Positions 18,653-29,383 of a DNA stretch of 64,000 nt are shown piece after piece. The notes beneath the pieces were generated by a model. The model had not been told where the DNA came from and did no database searches. It saw nothing but the letters and a program-made list of their open reading frames with translations. Made by a program: the position numbers and the translations under genes. The stretch is from Vicinamibacterales bacterium (lineage in GTDB: Bacteria > Acidobacteriota > Vicinamibacteria > Vicinamibacterales > JAMQPK01), in contig CAWAPZ010000017.1 in assembly GCA_963784045.1 (NCBI GenBank), forward strand, positions 67,816-131,815, given 5' to 3'. Numbering within the stretch: position 1 is the first letter of the stretch; every line of letters starts with the position of its first letter.

Positions 18653-18897
18653 CAAGTCTACAGTCTGGCGATAATCCGTTCTCTGGGATTTTTCCACGGT
18701 GCTGGGGAATTTCCCGCGCCGCTGGCACATTCACCGTATTGCGAGAAGCCTTGCGGGCGGCGGGAGCATCGATCTAGACGGCCGCAAAATTGCACACTCA
18801 CATCCGCTTGGAAGTTGCCAACGGTGAGGTTGGCGTGTGAAGAGTCGGAAGGCGGCGTCGCTGCGGCAGCTGATAAAATGGTGTGCGACGAGTGAAA

Positions 18898-20214
18898 ATG
18901 GCTGAGAAACTAACTCCCAGGCTCTTGACGCTGGGGCTGTCGTTACTCGTGGGAACGGCAGCTTTTGCTCAGGCGATCACCAGTCTCGAAGGTTCCTACA
19001 TTCTGCCGGGCGGTGATCGCGCCATCCGCTATCGTGAGCTTGGGAACAGGAACGCCGTCGCACGTCTACAGGAGCAACTCGCGGCGGGCACGCTCCGGCT
19101 CAGCTACGACAGAACATCCGGTTATCTACCGGCGATCCTGAAAGCGCTCGACGTCCCCGTCTCATCGCAGGTTCTCGTTTTTTCGAAAACGAGCTTCCAG
19201 GCGGCCCGCATTTACCCGCACAGTCCGCGCGCCATCTACTTCAGCGACTCAGTCGCGGTCGGTCACGTGCGCGGTTCCGATCTCCTCGAGATTGCGGCCA
19301 CCGACCCGGATGCCGGCGTCGTATTTTTCACGCTCAATCAAACCGAGGACTCGTCTCCAACGATGACCCGGCACGCCGACGAATGCCTGCAGTGCCACGC
19401 GAGTCCACGTACGCTGGGCGTTCCCGGACTGGTGGTGCGCTCGGTCTTTCCCGATCGCAGCGGGATGCCCGTGGGCACGGCTGGGTCGTTTTTCACCGAT
19501 CACCGCAGCCCTCTCGAACAGCGCTGGGGCGGGTGGTACATGACCGGCACACATGGTGCCGCGCGTCACATGGGCAACCAGATGGCGACCGATCGGGCAG
19601 GCACGCTCGACGCCGAGGCTGGCGCGAACGTGACCGACCTGAGCCGGTTCCTGAATCCCGGCACGCAGCTCACGCCTCACAGCGACCTGGTGGCACTGAT
19701 GGTGCTCGAGCATCAGGTGCGCATCACCAATCTCATCACGAGGGTCGGGTGGGAAACGCGGCTCGCGCTCGCCGATCATGCCAGCCTCATCAGCCCGAAT
19801 GAGCCCGCACTCGAATGGAGTGCGTCGGTCCGCCGGCGCATCGAGCGTCCAGCTGAGGTCCTCGTGCGTTCACTCTTCATGCTTGACGAGCATGCACTGG
19901 CGGCGCCCGTCGCCGGCACGTCCGGATTCGCCGACGCCTATTCGGCGCGGGGCCCGCACGACGCGCGTCACCGCTCTCTCTACGAGCTCGATCTGAAGGC
20001 GCGGCTGTATCGCTACCGATTCAGCCCGCTCATCTATTCCGAGCAATTCGCCGGTCTGCCACTGGAAGTGCGCGACTACATTTATCGACGTCTTCAGGCC
20101 GTGTTGACGGGGCGCGATCGCTCACCCGACTTCGCAACGGTCAGCGACGCCGAGCGCGCTGCGATTCTCGAGATCCTTCGCGAGACGCTTCCCGGCGTGG
20201 CACATCACCTCTGA
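18898..20214 (+). CDS. Secreted monohaem (single CXXCH) protein, function unknown
   Basis: MAEKLTPRLLTLGLSLLVGTAAFAQA signal peptide. One CLQCH motif. Long uninterrupted ORF in a high-GC reading frame. Confidence 0.6.
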   Translation: MAEKLTPRLLTLGLSLLVGTAAFAQAITSLEGSYILPGGDRAIRYRELGNRNAVARLQEQLAAGTLRLSYDRTSGYLPAILKALDVPVSSQVLVFSKTSFQAARIYPHSPRAIYFSDSVAVGHVRGSDLLEIAATDPDAGVVFFTLNQTEDSSPTMTRHADECLQCHASPRTLGVPGLVVRSVFPDRSGMPVGTAGSFFTDHRSPLEQRWGGWYMTGTHGAARHMGNQMATDRAGTLDAEAGANVTDLSRFLNPGTQLTPHSDLVALMVLEHQVRITNLITRVGWETRLALADHASLISPNEPALEWSASVRRRIERPAEVLVRSLFMLDEHALAAPVAGTSGFADAYSARGPHDARHRSLYELDLKARLYRYRFSPLIYSEQFAGLPLEVRDYIYRRLQAVLTGRDRSPDFATVSDAERAAILEILRETLPGVAHHL

Positions 20215-20322
20215 CGTATGTCGCCACCTGAGCTGACAGGCAGTTGGGACGACAGGATGCCCTTGAGAACGCGATGGCCGGCAGGGATCTAGCGGGCCTG
20301 GTGCCTCATTGTGCCGCTGACG

Positions 20323-20514
20323 TTATGTGGACAGCTGTTTGAGAATCCGTTCGCGCTGTTCGGCTGGAATCGCGTACTCCTGGCCGCCACAATGAGGGCA
20401 ACGCGCTGTTAACCTGCCAGCCACGAGCTGATCTTTAAGCTCGGCCTTGGGTAACGAATCGTCAACATTGTGTCCCTTTGGACATCGCCAGGAGAAGGCG
20501 ATCTTCATGCTCAT
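20323..20514 (-). CDS. Small zinc-ribbon protein (63 aa)
   Basis: CPKGH...CPHCG cysteine pairs. Isolated ORF at the edge of the lower-GC patch. Confidence 0.4.
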   Translation of the reverse strand: MSMKIAFSWRCPKGHNVDDSLPKAELKDQLVAGRLTARCPHCGGQEYAIPAEQRERILKQLST

Positions 20515-20659
20515 AAGTTGCCTCTCCCCTATGCTCTGGTTTCCACATTTTCTGATGTCGGAGGCCCTGACGGTACGCCGTTCCCACGCGTGCTCATGGC
20601 ATCGATGTTAACGCCAGATGATTCATCGGCCGAGCACGACGTCAATCCCCGCCAAGATC

Positions 20660-20978
20660 AGCGCGAGCTTCGCCGGGGAGAGTTTACTGATGCGTTCCTG
20701 CAGGAGCGTCCGATCGATCGCTCCAAGCGGGTAAAGATCGGGTCAGGAATCGAGACGGCCGTCTTCATACCGTAGAATAGCGCGGTTATACCCGTGGTTA
20801 TACCGGTTGGGACCGCGGTAGCGAGGTCGGCGAGCGCGTCTGGCTCGTGACCTTCCTCGACTACCACTTAGGCTATCTTGATGATGAAGTCGGCAGGCTG
20901 GAGCGATCGCGAATCTCTCCGGCCCGACAGTGTACTTGTGTGCTCGGCGGAATCGTCTGTCACCCATCTGCCCGGTAG
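20660..20978 (+). mobile_element. Decayed C-terminal relic of an rve/IS481-like transposase
   Basis: Own translation: ...GWDRGSEVGERVWLVTFLDYHLGYLDDEVGRLE... It resembles, as I recall it, the conserved transposase tail (V.DGIWLVSFM.YDLGY.D.E...L.P). It is preceded by in-frame stops, a frame change and a 12-nt tandem duplication (ggttatacccgt/ggttataccggt). GC is locally lower. Confidence 0.45.
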
Positions 20979-21371
20979 ACCATGCGTCCGCGTCATGTGG
21001 TCGTCCTCCCAGGACGGGTCGTCAGGATCGGTCGTGCGGGCTTGATGACCGTGGCGAAGTTCCGGCGAGCCGGCTCGCCGACCGTGATGCGCTGTACGTC
21101 GGTGACACATGGATAGACTGCAGCACGGCCTTAGAGAGTCTCAGCGCGAGCGCGTCAAACGCCGGCGGCGGCAACAATTCGTCACGGACCCAGCGCTCGT
21201 CGTATTGGTCGTGGTTGAGATCGATGCGGACCGTTAAGGTGACGTTCATCGGCTCCCGTCGTGCTCGCTTCGCCATCGTAACCTCCGCTGAGCATGCTGA
21301 CAGAACGCGTTAGGCGGGCCGGAGATCGACGTATTTTCGAGTTACCCCGGTGTTACCCCAGAAATCAAAAG

Positions 21372-21448
<77 letters not shown>

Positions 21449-21514
21449 ACGTCGCAATTGTACAGCGAATCGCGGCTTCCGTCCGCGCCGTGCGTCTGCC
21501 GCCAATACGCAAAA

Positions 21515-22528
21515 CTAGAATTTCGCCGCCTTCCACTCGTCAGACAGCGTGTTGACGAGGGCCGCCGGCGTGGCACCGTCGTGCACGATCACGCGGTAGC
21601 GCAAGGTCAGCGGCGCATCGGGCTTGATGGTGTACGGCCCGACCGCGGCCATATTGGGATTCAACATCCACAGTCCACGCGAGCCGTGCCATGTCGTCGG
21701 CGGGTTCGAGGGATGGTCCAGCACCGCCGCGCCGACGGTCTTTCCGTTTGCGAGCTTCACGACGTAACCGTACCAGGGCGCTCCCGGCCAATTCGTTTCG
21801 GGCGCCGAATAGTGCGCGTCAGGAAATGTCACTGTGCCCCCGGGGTAGGTGTAGTACGACTCGCCGTCCTTTCGAGCCTGGAAGTTGAACCCCGAAAAGC
21901 TCTGCTTGTTCAGCTGGTAGTCCACCAGCACAGCCAGCCGGAACACCACGTCGATCACGTAAACGCCGCTCCGTTCGACGACGGTCGTCAGCGTGGTTTC
22001 CTCGGCCATCTTGCGCTTGTTGACGCTCCAGTCGTTGTGAATCTCGATCGTGGCGCTCGACGCATCGGCGGCTTTCAGCTTCACCTCGCGCGTCTCAATG
22101 ACTCGGCCATCTCGCGGTGCGTACACCCCCCAACCCCAGAAGTCGGCTTTGGTCACATTCCAGCCCCACAATGGACTCGTTGGCGAAGTCCGCGTGATCG
22201 GCTGACGAAACTCGGAGTCGTGCCACGCGATGTACATGCCGCGATGGTGCAGATGATCGTCGGGCGCGAGAGCAGTCACCCGCTCTCCCGTCGGCGTGTT
22301 GATGGGATGAAAGCACGCCGTATTGGGTCCCGTCAGCGGTACGCCGGCCGGCTTGCTCGTGACGTATTCGAGCACGACACGGCCGTCAGGGGTCTTGAGC
22401 TGCATGCCATTGGCGACCGGCGCCAGCGTGTAACTCGCGGCAGCGCTTCCTTGTCCCGTCACCGGCTGCTCCCACAGCGCCAGTGTCAGCGCACACGCTG
22501 CAAACGCAGCGACCAGTGTCGTTCTCAT
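21515..22528 (-). CDS. PmoA-like (DUF6807-type) secreted protein
   Basis: Signal peptide. CFHPINTPTGERVTALAPDDHLHHRGMYIAWHD block. Start overlaps the upstream stop (ATGA). Confidence 0.55.
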   Translation of the reverse strand: MRTTLVAAFAACALTLALWEQPVTGQGSAAASYTLAPVANGMQLKTPDGRVVLEYVTSKPAGVPLTGPNTACFHPINTPTGERVTALAPDDHLHHRGMYIAWHDSEFRQPITRTSPTSPLWGWNVTKADFWGWGVYAPRDGRVIETREVKLKAADASSATIEIHNDWSVNKRKMAEETTLTTVVERSGVYVIDVVFRLAVLVDYQLNKQSFSGFNFQARKDGESYYTYPGGTVTFPDAHYSAPETNWPGAPWYGYVVKLANGKTVGAAVLDHPSNPPTTWHGSRGLWMLNPNMAAVGPYTIKPDAPLTLRYRVIVHDGATPAALVNTLSDEWKAAKF

Positions 22529-24450
22529 TGCGTCCTCCGCGGTGCTTCACTCTTGAGGTTGTTCCAGAAGATGAACGTGCCGAACCTGGTGGCGGTCACC
22601 ACGTCGAGCCGGCCGTCCTTATCGAGATCGACGGGGAACACGTCCGACCCAGTGCCCGAGCGGTTGTGAATCAGCTCCGGAACAAACTCCGCACCTCCAG
22701 GTGCTTTCGGATTGCGGACTGTCTTGTACAAGTAGAGCACCGCCGGCCCGTACGGATCAGGATCTAGATACGTGTCGCGATGCGACCAGTAGCGCTTTCC
22801 TACGACGAAGTCGGTGATGCCATCACCGTCGATGTCGCCGAAGTTTGCGCCGTGCGGTTGCGAGAACGTTACGCCGCCGGCGTTCTTTGTCGAAAGGTCG
22901 TCCATGATCATGTGCTGCTCGAACGAAATCGTGCCCGAGGTGGTGCGCTTCTGCTCAAACCACGCCAGGCCCCATCCGTGCGCGGCAAGTACCGTGACGA
23001 CGTCATTCAGCTTGTCGCCGTTCACGTCGTAGACGGCCATCACGCTGCCGCCAAACCCGCGCTTGTAGCGGCCGAACGCCTGCGGATGATAGTCCCAGGG
23101 CTCCTTGTTGCTGCCGGCGGGTGGCTGTTCCCACCAACCATACGGATTGACGATGTCTGCGCGCCCATCGCCGTTGATGTCGCCGGCGCCGACGCCATGA
23201 GCCGTCACGTAACCGCGTTCGGAGACGTTGTAGATCTTCCACATCGCCGTCGGATCCGCCGGATCGGGCTGCGCGTACCGCATCTGCCCCTCTGCGCCGT
23301 ACACGATCTCGGGCTTGCCGTCGCCGTCGATGTCGTGCAGGACGCCAATTTCCGTCTGATACGCACGCACCACGAGATGCTTGTCCCATCGGCGCGGCTC
23401 ACCTTTCGGATTGACATATAAGAAACAGCCGGAATTGACGGCGAAGCTGCAGTTCAGCGCGTCGCCCCAGCCGTCGCCGGTGAAGTCGCTGACGAACTGC
23501 ATCCAGGCGTCCGTCGTGTAGTTATCGGATGGATTGGTCGTGAGTTGAAGGTAGATCTCACTGCGTCTGGTGTAGTCCGGCCCGTAGAACACGTGCGGTC
23601 CGGAAATGACGTCCTGCACGTTGTCGTGATCGACGTCGGCGGCACCTGCTCCCCACGAGTAGTAGAAGTCGCTGAGCCGCTGCATCCTGAAGTTGCTCGA
23701 CACTTTCTCCGCCGGCCTCACCTGAACGGCCAGGTTCTTGTACGCGACATCCTTGAATCGCACCTCTCCGCTCCCGCCGGCGTACAGCGCGATCGGGCCA
23801 AAATTGCCCGCGTCGGGATCGGCGACACCGCCGCCGCGTTCGCCACCGTCGTTCAGCAGGGGCCGGAGAATATTGGCATCCAGATAGATCTCGATCGTGT
23901 TCCATTCTCCGGCCTTCAAGCTGGTATCAGGCGGCATCACTGGCAAGGTCACACTGGGCGCGGTAGCCGGTGCCCCACCGGCCGCCGGAGGGTTCGGGTC
24001 TGGTGGTGGGGCGATGCGCATTTGCCCGCCGCCGGGCCTCAACGCGTTTCGAGTAAGAATCCGACCCTGCACGTCGAGGGTTACGCGGTGGGAGGCGACC
24101 TGTCCACCCGTCAACGAGACGTAGATGCCCTTCATGCCGCCCGACGTCTTCTCCGCTCGGAGCAGCACGCCGGTCTCGCAGCCTTGCGCGCACTTGAACG
24201 ACGCGAAGAGTGCGACATCCTGCAGCGACCTGTCCAGGACAAGCCATCCGCCAGCGGGCTCCTTCGGATTCCCGACCAGTTCGCCGTTGTCGGCACGCCA
24301 GGTTGCCGGTCCCAATACGTGCCAGCCCGCCAGAGTGGACGTGCTGGACGTCGCATCAGGGACGAACGACGGCCCCGCTGTCTTCAGTTGAGTCGACAGG
24401 ACGGCGACGGACCAGAGTGCGACAAGTGCGGGAATGCGTGTGGCAGCCAT
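22525..24450 (-). CDS. Secreted DUF1080 (3-keto-disaccharide hydrolase-like) domain fused to an FG-GAP/VCBS repeat propeller
   Basis: Start trimmed to MAATRIPALVALWSV. N-terminal domain ends in GEVRFKDVAYKNL. It is followed by at least seven D-x-D/N-G-D repeats (DIDGDGKPEIVYG, DINGDGRADIV, DIDGDGITDFVVG, DLDKDGRLDVVT). Confidence 0.75.
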   Translation of the reverse strand: MAATRIPALVALWSVAVLSTQLKTAGPSFVPDATSSTSTLAGWHVLGPATWRADNGELVGNPKEPAGGWLVLDRSLQDVALFASFKCAQGCETGVLLRAEKTSGGMKGIYVSLTGGQVASHRVTLDVQGRILTRNALRPGGGQMRIAPPPDPNPPAAGGAPATAPSVTLPVMPPDTSLKAGEWNTIEIYLDANILRPLLNDGGERGGGVADPDAGNFGPIALYAGGSGEVRFKDVAYKNLAVQVRPAEKVSSNFRMQRLSDFYYSWGAGAADVDHDNVQDVISGPHVFYGPDYTRRSEIYLQLTTNPSDNYTTDAWMQFVSDFTGDGWGDALNCSFAVNSGCFLYVNPKGEPRRWDKHLVVRAYQTEIGVLHDIDGDGKPEIVYGAEGQMRYAQPDPADPTAMWKIYNVSERGYVTAHGVGAGDINGDGRADIVNPYGWWEQPPAGSNKEPWDYHPQAFGRYKRGFGGSVMAVYDVNGDKLNDVVTVLAAHGWGLAWFEQKRTTSGTISFEQHMIMDDLSTKNAGGVTFSQPHGANFGDIDGDGITDFVVGKRYWSHRDTYLDPDPYGPAVLYLYKTVRNPKAPGGAEFVPELIHNRSGTGSDVFPVDLDKDGRLDVVTATRFGTFIFWNNLKSEAPRRTQ

Positions 24451-24629
24451 CTTCGACCTCACTTGTGATGGGTAGATCGTCCAGCGCACGCTCAGATTCT
24501 GCTCGGAAACATTAACACCAGACATCGACACCAGAAAGCTGAAGCGGCAGACGGCGGGCCCCCCGAGGATGACCAATGCATATGATGCCCGTCATACCCG
24601 AACGCACTTCCGCGCTTTAGAGTTGAAAC

Positions 24630-25958
24630 ATGCAACAAGTACCACCGACACCACCGCGCGTCTTTGTCCGGTTCTTCATCGCGTCGCTCTTGCTCACGCT
24701 CACCTGGGGCGCCACGCTGGGAATGATCAACCTCGCTCGCCTCACGGCCGGGTGGGGTCTGGGCGTGCTGCCGAGACCCTCGGTCTGGGCCCACGGCTAC
24801 GTTCAGGTCTTCGGGTTCATGGCGCTCTTCATCATGGGCGTTGCGTATCACGTGCTGCCCCGTTTCGTCGGCGGCACGTTAAAAAGTGCCTGGCTCGTCC
24901 CCTGGTCGTTCTGGCTTCAGTTGTGCGGGGTCGTCGCGATCGCATGCGCGTTCTTCCACGACGGCGCAGTGACGCGGCCGCTATGGATTGCCGGCAGCAC
25001 GTCGCTGCTGGCCGCCGCGGCTATCTTCTGCACGGTCGTGATGCGGACGCTGCGCGCCGGCGACCCCGCACGCGAGGCGTTCATGCCATGGATCGCGGCC
25101 GGCGCGTCGTGGCTCGTCATCGCCTCTGCGCTGGCCCTCACAGCGGCGATCACCGGCGATGTGACCTGGCACCGCGTGCTATGGACGGCGGCGCTGTCCG
25201 GGTTCATCAGCTGCTGGATATTCGGCGTCGGCCGGCGGATTCTGCCGATTTTTCTGGGCTGCCAGCCGCGATGGCCGCATATCGAAACTCCTGTGTTCAT
25301 CCTCTATCAGATCGGCACCGCCGCGTGGGTCCTCGGCGCCTGCCAGGGGACAGATTCGCTCGTGCTCACCGTCGTGCGCACGGCAGGTGCGGTTCTGATG
25401 ATTGCGTCAGTTGCCGGTTACACGACGTGCCTCGGACTATTCACGTCAACCCGCCCTCTGCTTGGATGCGCGATTCGCAGCCCGCAGAGCGGGTGGGAGA
25501 AGTACGTGTTCGCCGCGTGGGGTTGGCTGGTCGTAAGTCTCATCCTTGGACCGGGCGCAGCGATCGTCCGCGCATTCACCGGCGGTACCGAGTTGCTGCT
25601 CGTGTTCGACGTGGCCCGTCACGCGCTCGGATTCGGGTTTGCCGCGCAAATGGTGCTAGGCGTGGCAAGCCGCGTCGTCCCGAACTTCACCGGCAGACCG
25701 CTATGGAGCCCCCGCGCGCGCGACGCCGCGTTCTACCTGCTGAACGCCAGCATGGCCATCCGCACGCTCGAAGTGCCTGTCGGGCTTGGACTCTGGGTGC
25801 AGGCCTGGAATCTGATCGCATTGTCTGGACCGCTGGGCGTTGGCGCCATGCTGCTGTTCGCAACCAACATTTTCATGACGGTGCGGCGCCAGCCATCCCC
25901 GCTCGTCCAGGCCCACGTGCCGGTCCAAACTGTGCGCAGACTCGTTCTCGAGAAGTAA
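24630..25958 (+). CDS. NnrS-like polytopic membrane protein
   Basis: 442 aa with about 12 predicted TM helices. WAHGYVQVFGFMALFIMGVAYHVLPRF resembles the NnrS H-x-H...FGF signature. First gene of the Mo-enzyme operon. Confidence 0.5.
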   Translation: MQQVPPTPPRVFVRFFIASLLLTLTWGATLGMINLARLTAGWGLGVLPRPSVWAHGYVQVFGFMALFIMGVAYHVLPRFVGGTLKSAWLVPWSFWLQLCGVVAIACAFFHDGAVTRPLWIAGSTSLLAAAAIFCTVVMRTLRAGDPAREAFMPWIAAGASWLVIASALALTAAITGDVTWHRVLWTAALSGFISCWIFGVGRRILPIFLGCQPRWPHIETPVFILYQIGTAAWVLGACQGTDSLVLTVVRTAGAVLMIASVAGYTTCLGLFTSTRPLLGCAIRSPQSGWEKYVFAAWGWLVVSLILGPGAAIVRAFTGGTELLLVFDVARHALGFGFAAQMVLGVASRVVPNFTGRPLWSPRARDAAFYLLNASMAIRTLEVPVGLGLWVQAWNLIALSGPLGVGAMLLFATNIFMTVRRQPSPLVQAHVPVQTVRRLVLEK

Positions 25959-25982
25959 TACACTCAGCACAGGATTGACCTG

Positions 25983-27098
25983 ATGCAGGCGCGTAAACCA
26001 GAGGGGCCGCCGCACATCCCGGCTCATCGCGAAACATTCCGCGCCGCAGCATGGGGCGTGCTGTTCACCGCCGTGCTGGCGTCGCTCATCGTCGTCGGAT
26101 CTCGCGGTCTCGAGCATTTCGACGCCGCTCTCGTTGGCTACACGTTCGCGACGCTCTTCGCGATGTTCGGAATCACCTATCGCTACGCGATGTGGCTGCA
26201 GCGGCCGCCAACGCGCATGTACTGGCGGCGCGGCTGGCAGGTATTTCTCACGCCGCGCTCCCCAGGCCGAAAAGCGGTGCAGTTGTCACGCCGCCTGTTC
26301 GTCGAATTCGGCGCCAATCGTTTTATCTTCCGCCGAGGCGCGCTCCGCGGCGCCGCGCACTGGCTCATCATGTGGGGCTGCATCCTCGCGGGGGCCATCA
26401 CGTTCCCGCTCGTATGGGGATGGATCGAGTTCCGCACTGTTCCGAATCGATTCGACCAGTACCGCACGTTCGTCTTCGGCTTTCCCGCCACGGCATTCCG
26501 GATTGACTCGTGGATCGCCTTCGTGGTCTTTCACGGACTCGTGTGGGCCTCGCTCCTCGTCATGGCCGGCGTTATGATTGCGTTCCGCCGCCGGATGGTC
26601 GATCACGGAGCGATCGCGGTCCAGCAGATCGCCGACATCCTGCCGTTGGTGCTGTTGTTCGCGATCAGCGTCACAGGACTGCTGCTGACGGCGAGCTATA
26701 CGTGGATGAAGGGATACGCGTACGACTTTCTCGCGATCCTCCACGCCATTACCGTGATCTTCACGCTGTTATGGCTGCCGTTCGGAAAACTGTTTCACAT
26801 CTTCCAACGGCCTGCGCAACTTGGCGTCAGCTTTTACAAAGACGAGGGCCGCCGCGCCGAACAGGCGCAGTGCCGCCGCTGCGGCGTGGCGTTCGCGTCG
26901 AACATCATGGTCCGCGACCTCGCCGAGGTCGAGAGGCAGCTCGGCTTCAGCTACGACATGAAACCGGAGGAAGGCGCCGAGCACTATCAACAGATCTGCC
27001 CGCGATGCCGGCGCGCGTTGTTCGGCCTCGCACAAGGCGCGCTGTGGCGGCAAGCGCTGAACAACCGGCTGAGCGACGATGTCGACACGTCCCGTTGA
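25983..27098 (+). CDS. NarI/DsrM-like dihaem cytochrome b membrane subunit with a C-terminal CxxC...CxxC zinc-ribbon tail
   Basis: Five or six TM helices with four intramembrane His ([36 protein letters not shown]). The last block is typical of the nitrate-reductase-gamma superfamily. Cytoplasmic tail: CRRCGVAF...30 aa...CPRCRR. Confidence 0.6.
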   Translation: MQARKPEGPPHIPAHRETFRAAAWGVLFTAVLASLIVVGSRGLEHFDAALVGYTFATLFAMFGITYRYAMWLQRPPTRMYWRRGWQVFLTPRSPGRKAVQLSRRLFVEFGANRFIFRRGALRGAAHWLIMWGCILAGAITFPLVWGWIEFRTVPNRFDQYRTFVFGFPATAFRIDSWIAFVVFHGLVWASLLVMAGVMIAFRRRMVDHGAIAVQQIADILPLVLLFAISVTGLLLTASYTWMKGYAYDFLAILHAITVIFTLLWLPFGKLFHIFQRPAQLGVSFYKDEGRRAEQAQCRRCGVAFASNIMVRDLAEVERQLGFSYDMKPEEGAEHYQQICPRCRRALFGLAQGALWRQALNNRLSDDVDTSR

Positions 27099-29349
27099 CG
27101 AGCTGAAAATTATCGAGCGATTCGGGCCGCACCTTGCCCTGATGCGCGGCGAGCGGCTCTCGACAACCGTCGAGCCCGAGCGCCTCGTACGTACGCACTG
27201 CTGCTTCTGCGGTCAGCAGTGCGGCATTCAACTGAAGGTCAAGGACAACGAGGTGATCGGGTTCGAGCCGTGGGAAGAATTTCCGTTCAACCGCGGAATG
27301 TTGTGCCCGAAGGGCGTCAAGCGCTACCTGCAAGGATCACACCCTGATCGGCTCGTCACCGCGCTGGAGCGCGACGAGTCGTCGCCGGCCGGATTCCGCG
27401 ATGTCCCGTACGACCAGGCCATAGCGAAGGTCGCATCGGAGATTCAACGTCTTCAAAGCGCCTACGGCAACAGCTCCGTCGGCCTGCTGGGCGGTGCGAG
27501 CCTGACGACCGAGAAAACCTATCTGCTCGGAAAGTTCGCCCGAGTGTGTTTGAAGACGCCGTATATCGACTACAACGGACGGCTGTGCATGGTGAGCGCC
27601 GGCGCAGCCAACAAGAAAGCGTTCGGCATCGACCGGACGACAAACCCGTGGTCGGACATGATCGGCACAGACGTCATCTGGGTCGCCGGCTCCAACGTCG
27701 CCGAATGCTCTCCGATCACAACGAACTACATCTGGCAGGCGCGCGAGCAGGGCGCGAAGGTCATCGTGCAGGATCCGCGCATCACTCCGCTCGCGCGGAC
27801 ATGCGACTTGTTTCTCCCCGTGAAGCCTGGCCGCGACGCGGCGTTGTTCGCCGGCGTGCTCAACGTCATGATCGATCGCGGCTGGATCGACCGCGACTTC
27901 ATCGAGGCGCAGACCGTTGGCTTCGAGCAGGTCGCCGAGTACTGCCGTCAATGGACGCCGGAACGCACCGCCGAGGTCACCGGCGTGCCTGCGCGATCGC
28001 TGCTGCAGGCGGCCGAATGGTGGGGGACGGCGAACACGAGCTTCCTCTTCCACGCGCGCGGTATCGAGCACCATTCCAACGGCGTGCAGAACGCGCTCGG
28101 GACGATCAACCTCGTGCTGGCGACCGGGCGCATCGGCAAGCCCAAGAGCGGCTACGGCACGATCGTCGGTCAGGCCAATGGGCAAGGCGGCCGCGAACAC
28201 GGGCAGAAATGCGATCAGCTGCCTGGCTGGCGCGACATCACGAATCCGGATCATCGCAAATACATCGCCGGCGTGTGGGGCATCGAGGAATCTGCAATGC
28301 CCGGCCCCGGAGTCGACGCGTACGAGATGTTCCGGAAGATCGACGCTGGAGAAATCAAAGGCCTGGTGGCGATCTGCTTCAACCCGACGGTCTCGCTGCC
28401 GGATTCAGGCTTCATCGAGCGGTGTCTCGACAAGCTCGAGTTCTTCGTGTCGATCGACTTCTTCCTCAACGACACCGCGCGTCATGCCGACGTCGTGCTG
28501 CCCGGGAGCTTGCAGGAAGAGGACGAAGGCGTCGTGACGCAAGTCGAGGGGCGTGTCATCAAGATCAACAAGGCCGTCGACTGCCCGGGCGAGGCGCGGC
28601 AGGATTGGATCATCATTCAGGACATCGCAAAAGCGCTGGGCCGCCCGCACGGGTTCACATTCACTACGCCGCGCGAGATTTTCGACGAGCTCCGGCGGGC
28701 CAGCAAAGGCGGTGTCGCCGATTACTCCGGCATTACATACGAAAAAGTCGAGCGTGAGATGGGCGTCTTCTGGCCGTGCTACAGCGAGGATCCGAAAACG
28801 GGCGTCGCAGTCGACCATCCCGGCACGCCGCGCCTGTTCGAACGCGACAGCTACAACCCGATCGCGAAAGGCTCGGGTCCGTTCTATTTCCCCGACGGAA
28901 AAGCGCGGTTCAACGTGGCCGACTACCGCGTACCCGTCGACGACGTCAGCGCCGACTTCCCGATCTTCCTCACGACCGGCCGTGTCATCAGCCAGTTCCT
29001 CTCGGGTACACAGACGCGGCGCATCGGTCCGCTCGTCGCGCAATACCCGGAACCCCGGATCGAAATACATCCACGCCTTGCCGACAAACTCGGTGTTGTC
29101 GACGGCGCGTGGACGGTCGTCGAAACGCGGCGCGGCGCGTTGACGCTGCGCGCGATGGTCGTCACGACCATCAGGCCGGACACGGTGTTCGTGCCGTACC
29201 ACTGGCCGGGCGAGAAGAGCGCCAACCGGCTCACAGTCGCCGCCCAGGATCCCATCAGCAAGATCCCGCAGTACAAGGTGTGCGGATGCCGAGTCCGAAA
29301 AGCAGACGCGGCGCCGGCGTACGCCGCGGTACTCGAGCCGCAACAGTAA
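27079..29349 (+). CDS. Mo-bisPGD oxidoreductase catalytic subunit, Nas/NarB/Nap-like, no Tat signal
   Basis: 756 aa. N-terminal [4Fe-4S] motif [10 protein letters not shown]...MLCPKG. Putative Mo-ligand context [17 protein letters not shown] (Cys codon 27586..27588). No RR leader. ATG overlaps the upstream gene by 20 nt. Confidence 0.85.
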   Translation: MSTRPVDELKIIERFGPHLALMRGERLSTTVEPERLVRTHCCFCGQQCGIQLKVKDNEVIGFEPWEEFPFNRGMLCPKGVKRYLQGSHPDRLVTALERDESSPAGFRDVPYDQAIAKVASEIQRLQSAYGNSSVGLLGGASLTTEKTYLLGKFARVCLKTPYIDYNGRLCMVSAGAANKKAFGIDRTTNPWSDMIGTDVIWVAGSNVAECSPITTNYIWQAREQGAKVIVQDPRITPLARTCDLFLPVKPGRDAALFAGVLNVMIDRGWIDRDFIEAQTVGFEQVAEYCRQWTPERTAEVTGVPARSLLQAAEWWGTANTSFLFHARGIEHHSNGVQNALGTINLVLATGRIGKPKSGYGTIVGQANGQGGREHGQKCDQLPGWRDITNPDHRKYIAGVWGIEESAMPGPGVDAYEMFRKIDAGEIKGLVAICFNPTVSLPDSGFIERCLDKLEFFVSIDFFLNDTARHADVVLPGSLQEEDEGVVTQVEGRVIKINKAVDCPGEARQDWIIIQDIAKALGRPHGFTFTTPREIFDELRRASKGGVADYSGITYEKVEREMGVFWPCYSEDPKTGVAVDHPGTPRLFERDSYNPIAKGSGPFYFPDGKARFNVADYRVPVDDVSADFPIFLTTGRVISQFLSGTQTRRIGPLVAQYPEPRIEIHPRLADKLGVVDGAWTVVETRRGALTLRAMVVTTIRPDTVFVPYHWPGEKSANRLTVAAQDPISKIPQYKVCGCRVRKADAAPAYAAVLEPQQ

Positions 29350-29380
29350 CCACGAAGACACGAAAACACGAAGACGAGAG
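29350..29380 (+). repeat. CACGAAGA 8-nt tandem array filling the spacer between the Mo and FeS subunit genes
   Basis: taa C CACGAAGA CACGAAAA CACGAAGA CGAGAGAT C atg. The 13-mer CACGAAGACACGA recurs at 42432. Confidence 0.65.
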
Positions 29381-29383
29381 ATC

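Noticed and set aside
21022-21276. 84-aa ORF (MAKRARREPMNVTLTVRIDLNHDQ...) next to tRNA-Pro; considered as an antitoxin or integrase fragment
   Set aside because: I recognise no family signature. It lies in the degraded lower-GC patch with overlapping ORFs in several frames. It is left uncalled.
24560-24629. AT-rich ATGCATATGAT segment and ATGAC-N18-GTCAT inverted repeat upstream of the NnrS-like gene, considered as an NsrR/FNR-type operator
   Set aside because: Only 5-6-bp palindromes are present, with no match to the TTGAT-N4-ATCAA or NsrR consensus that I could verify by eye. It would need a PWM scan.
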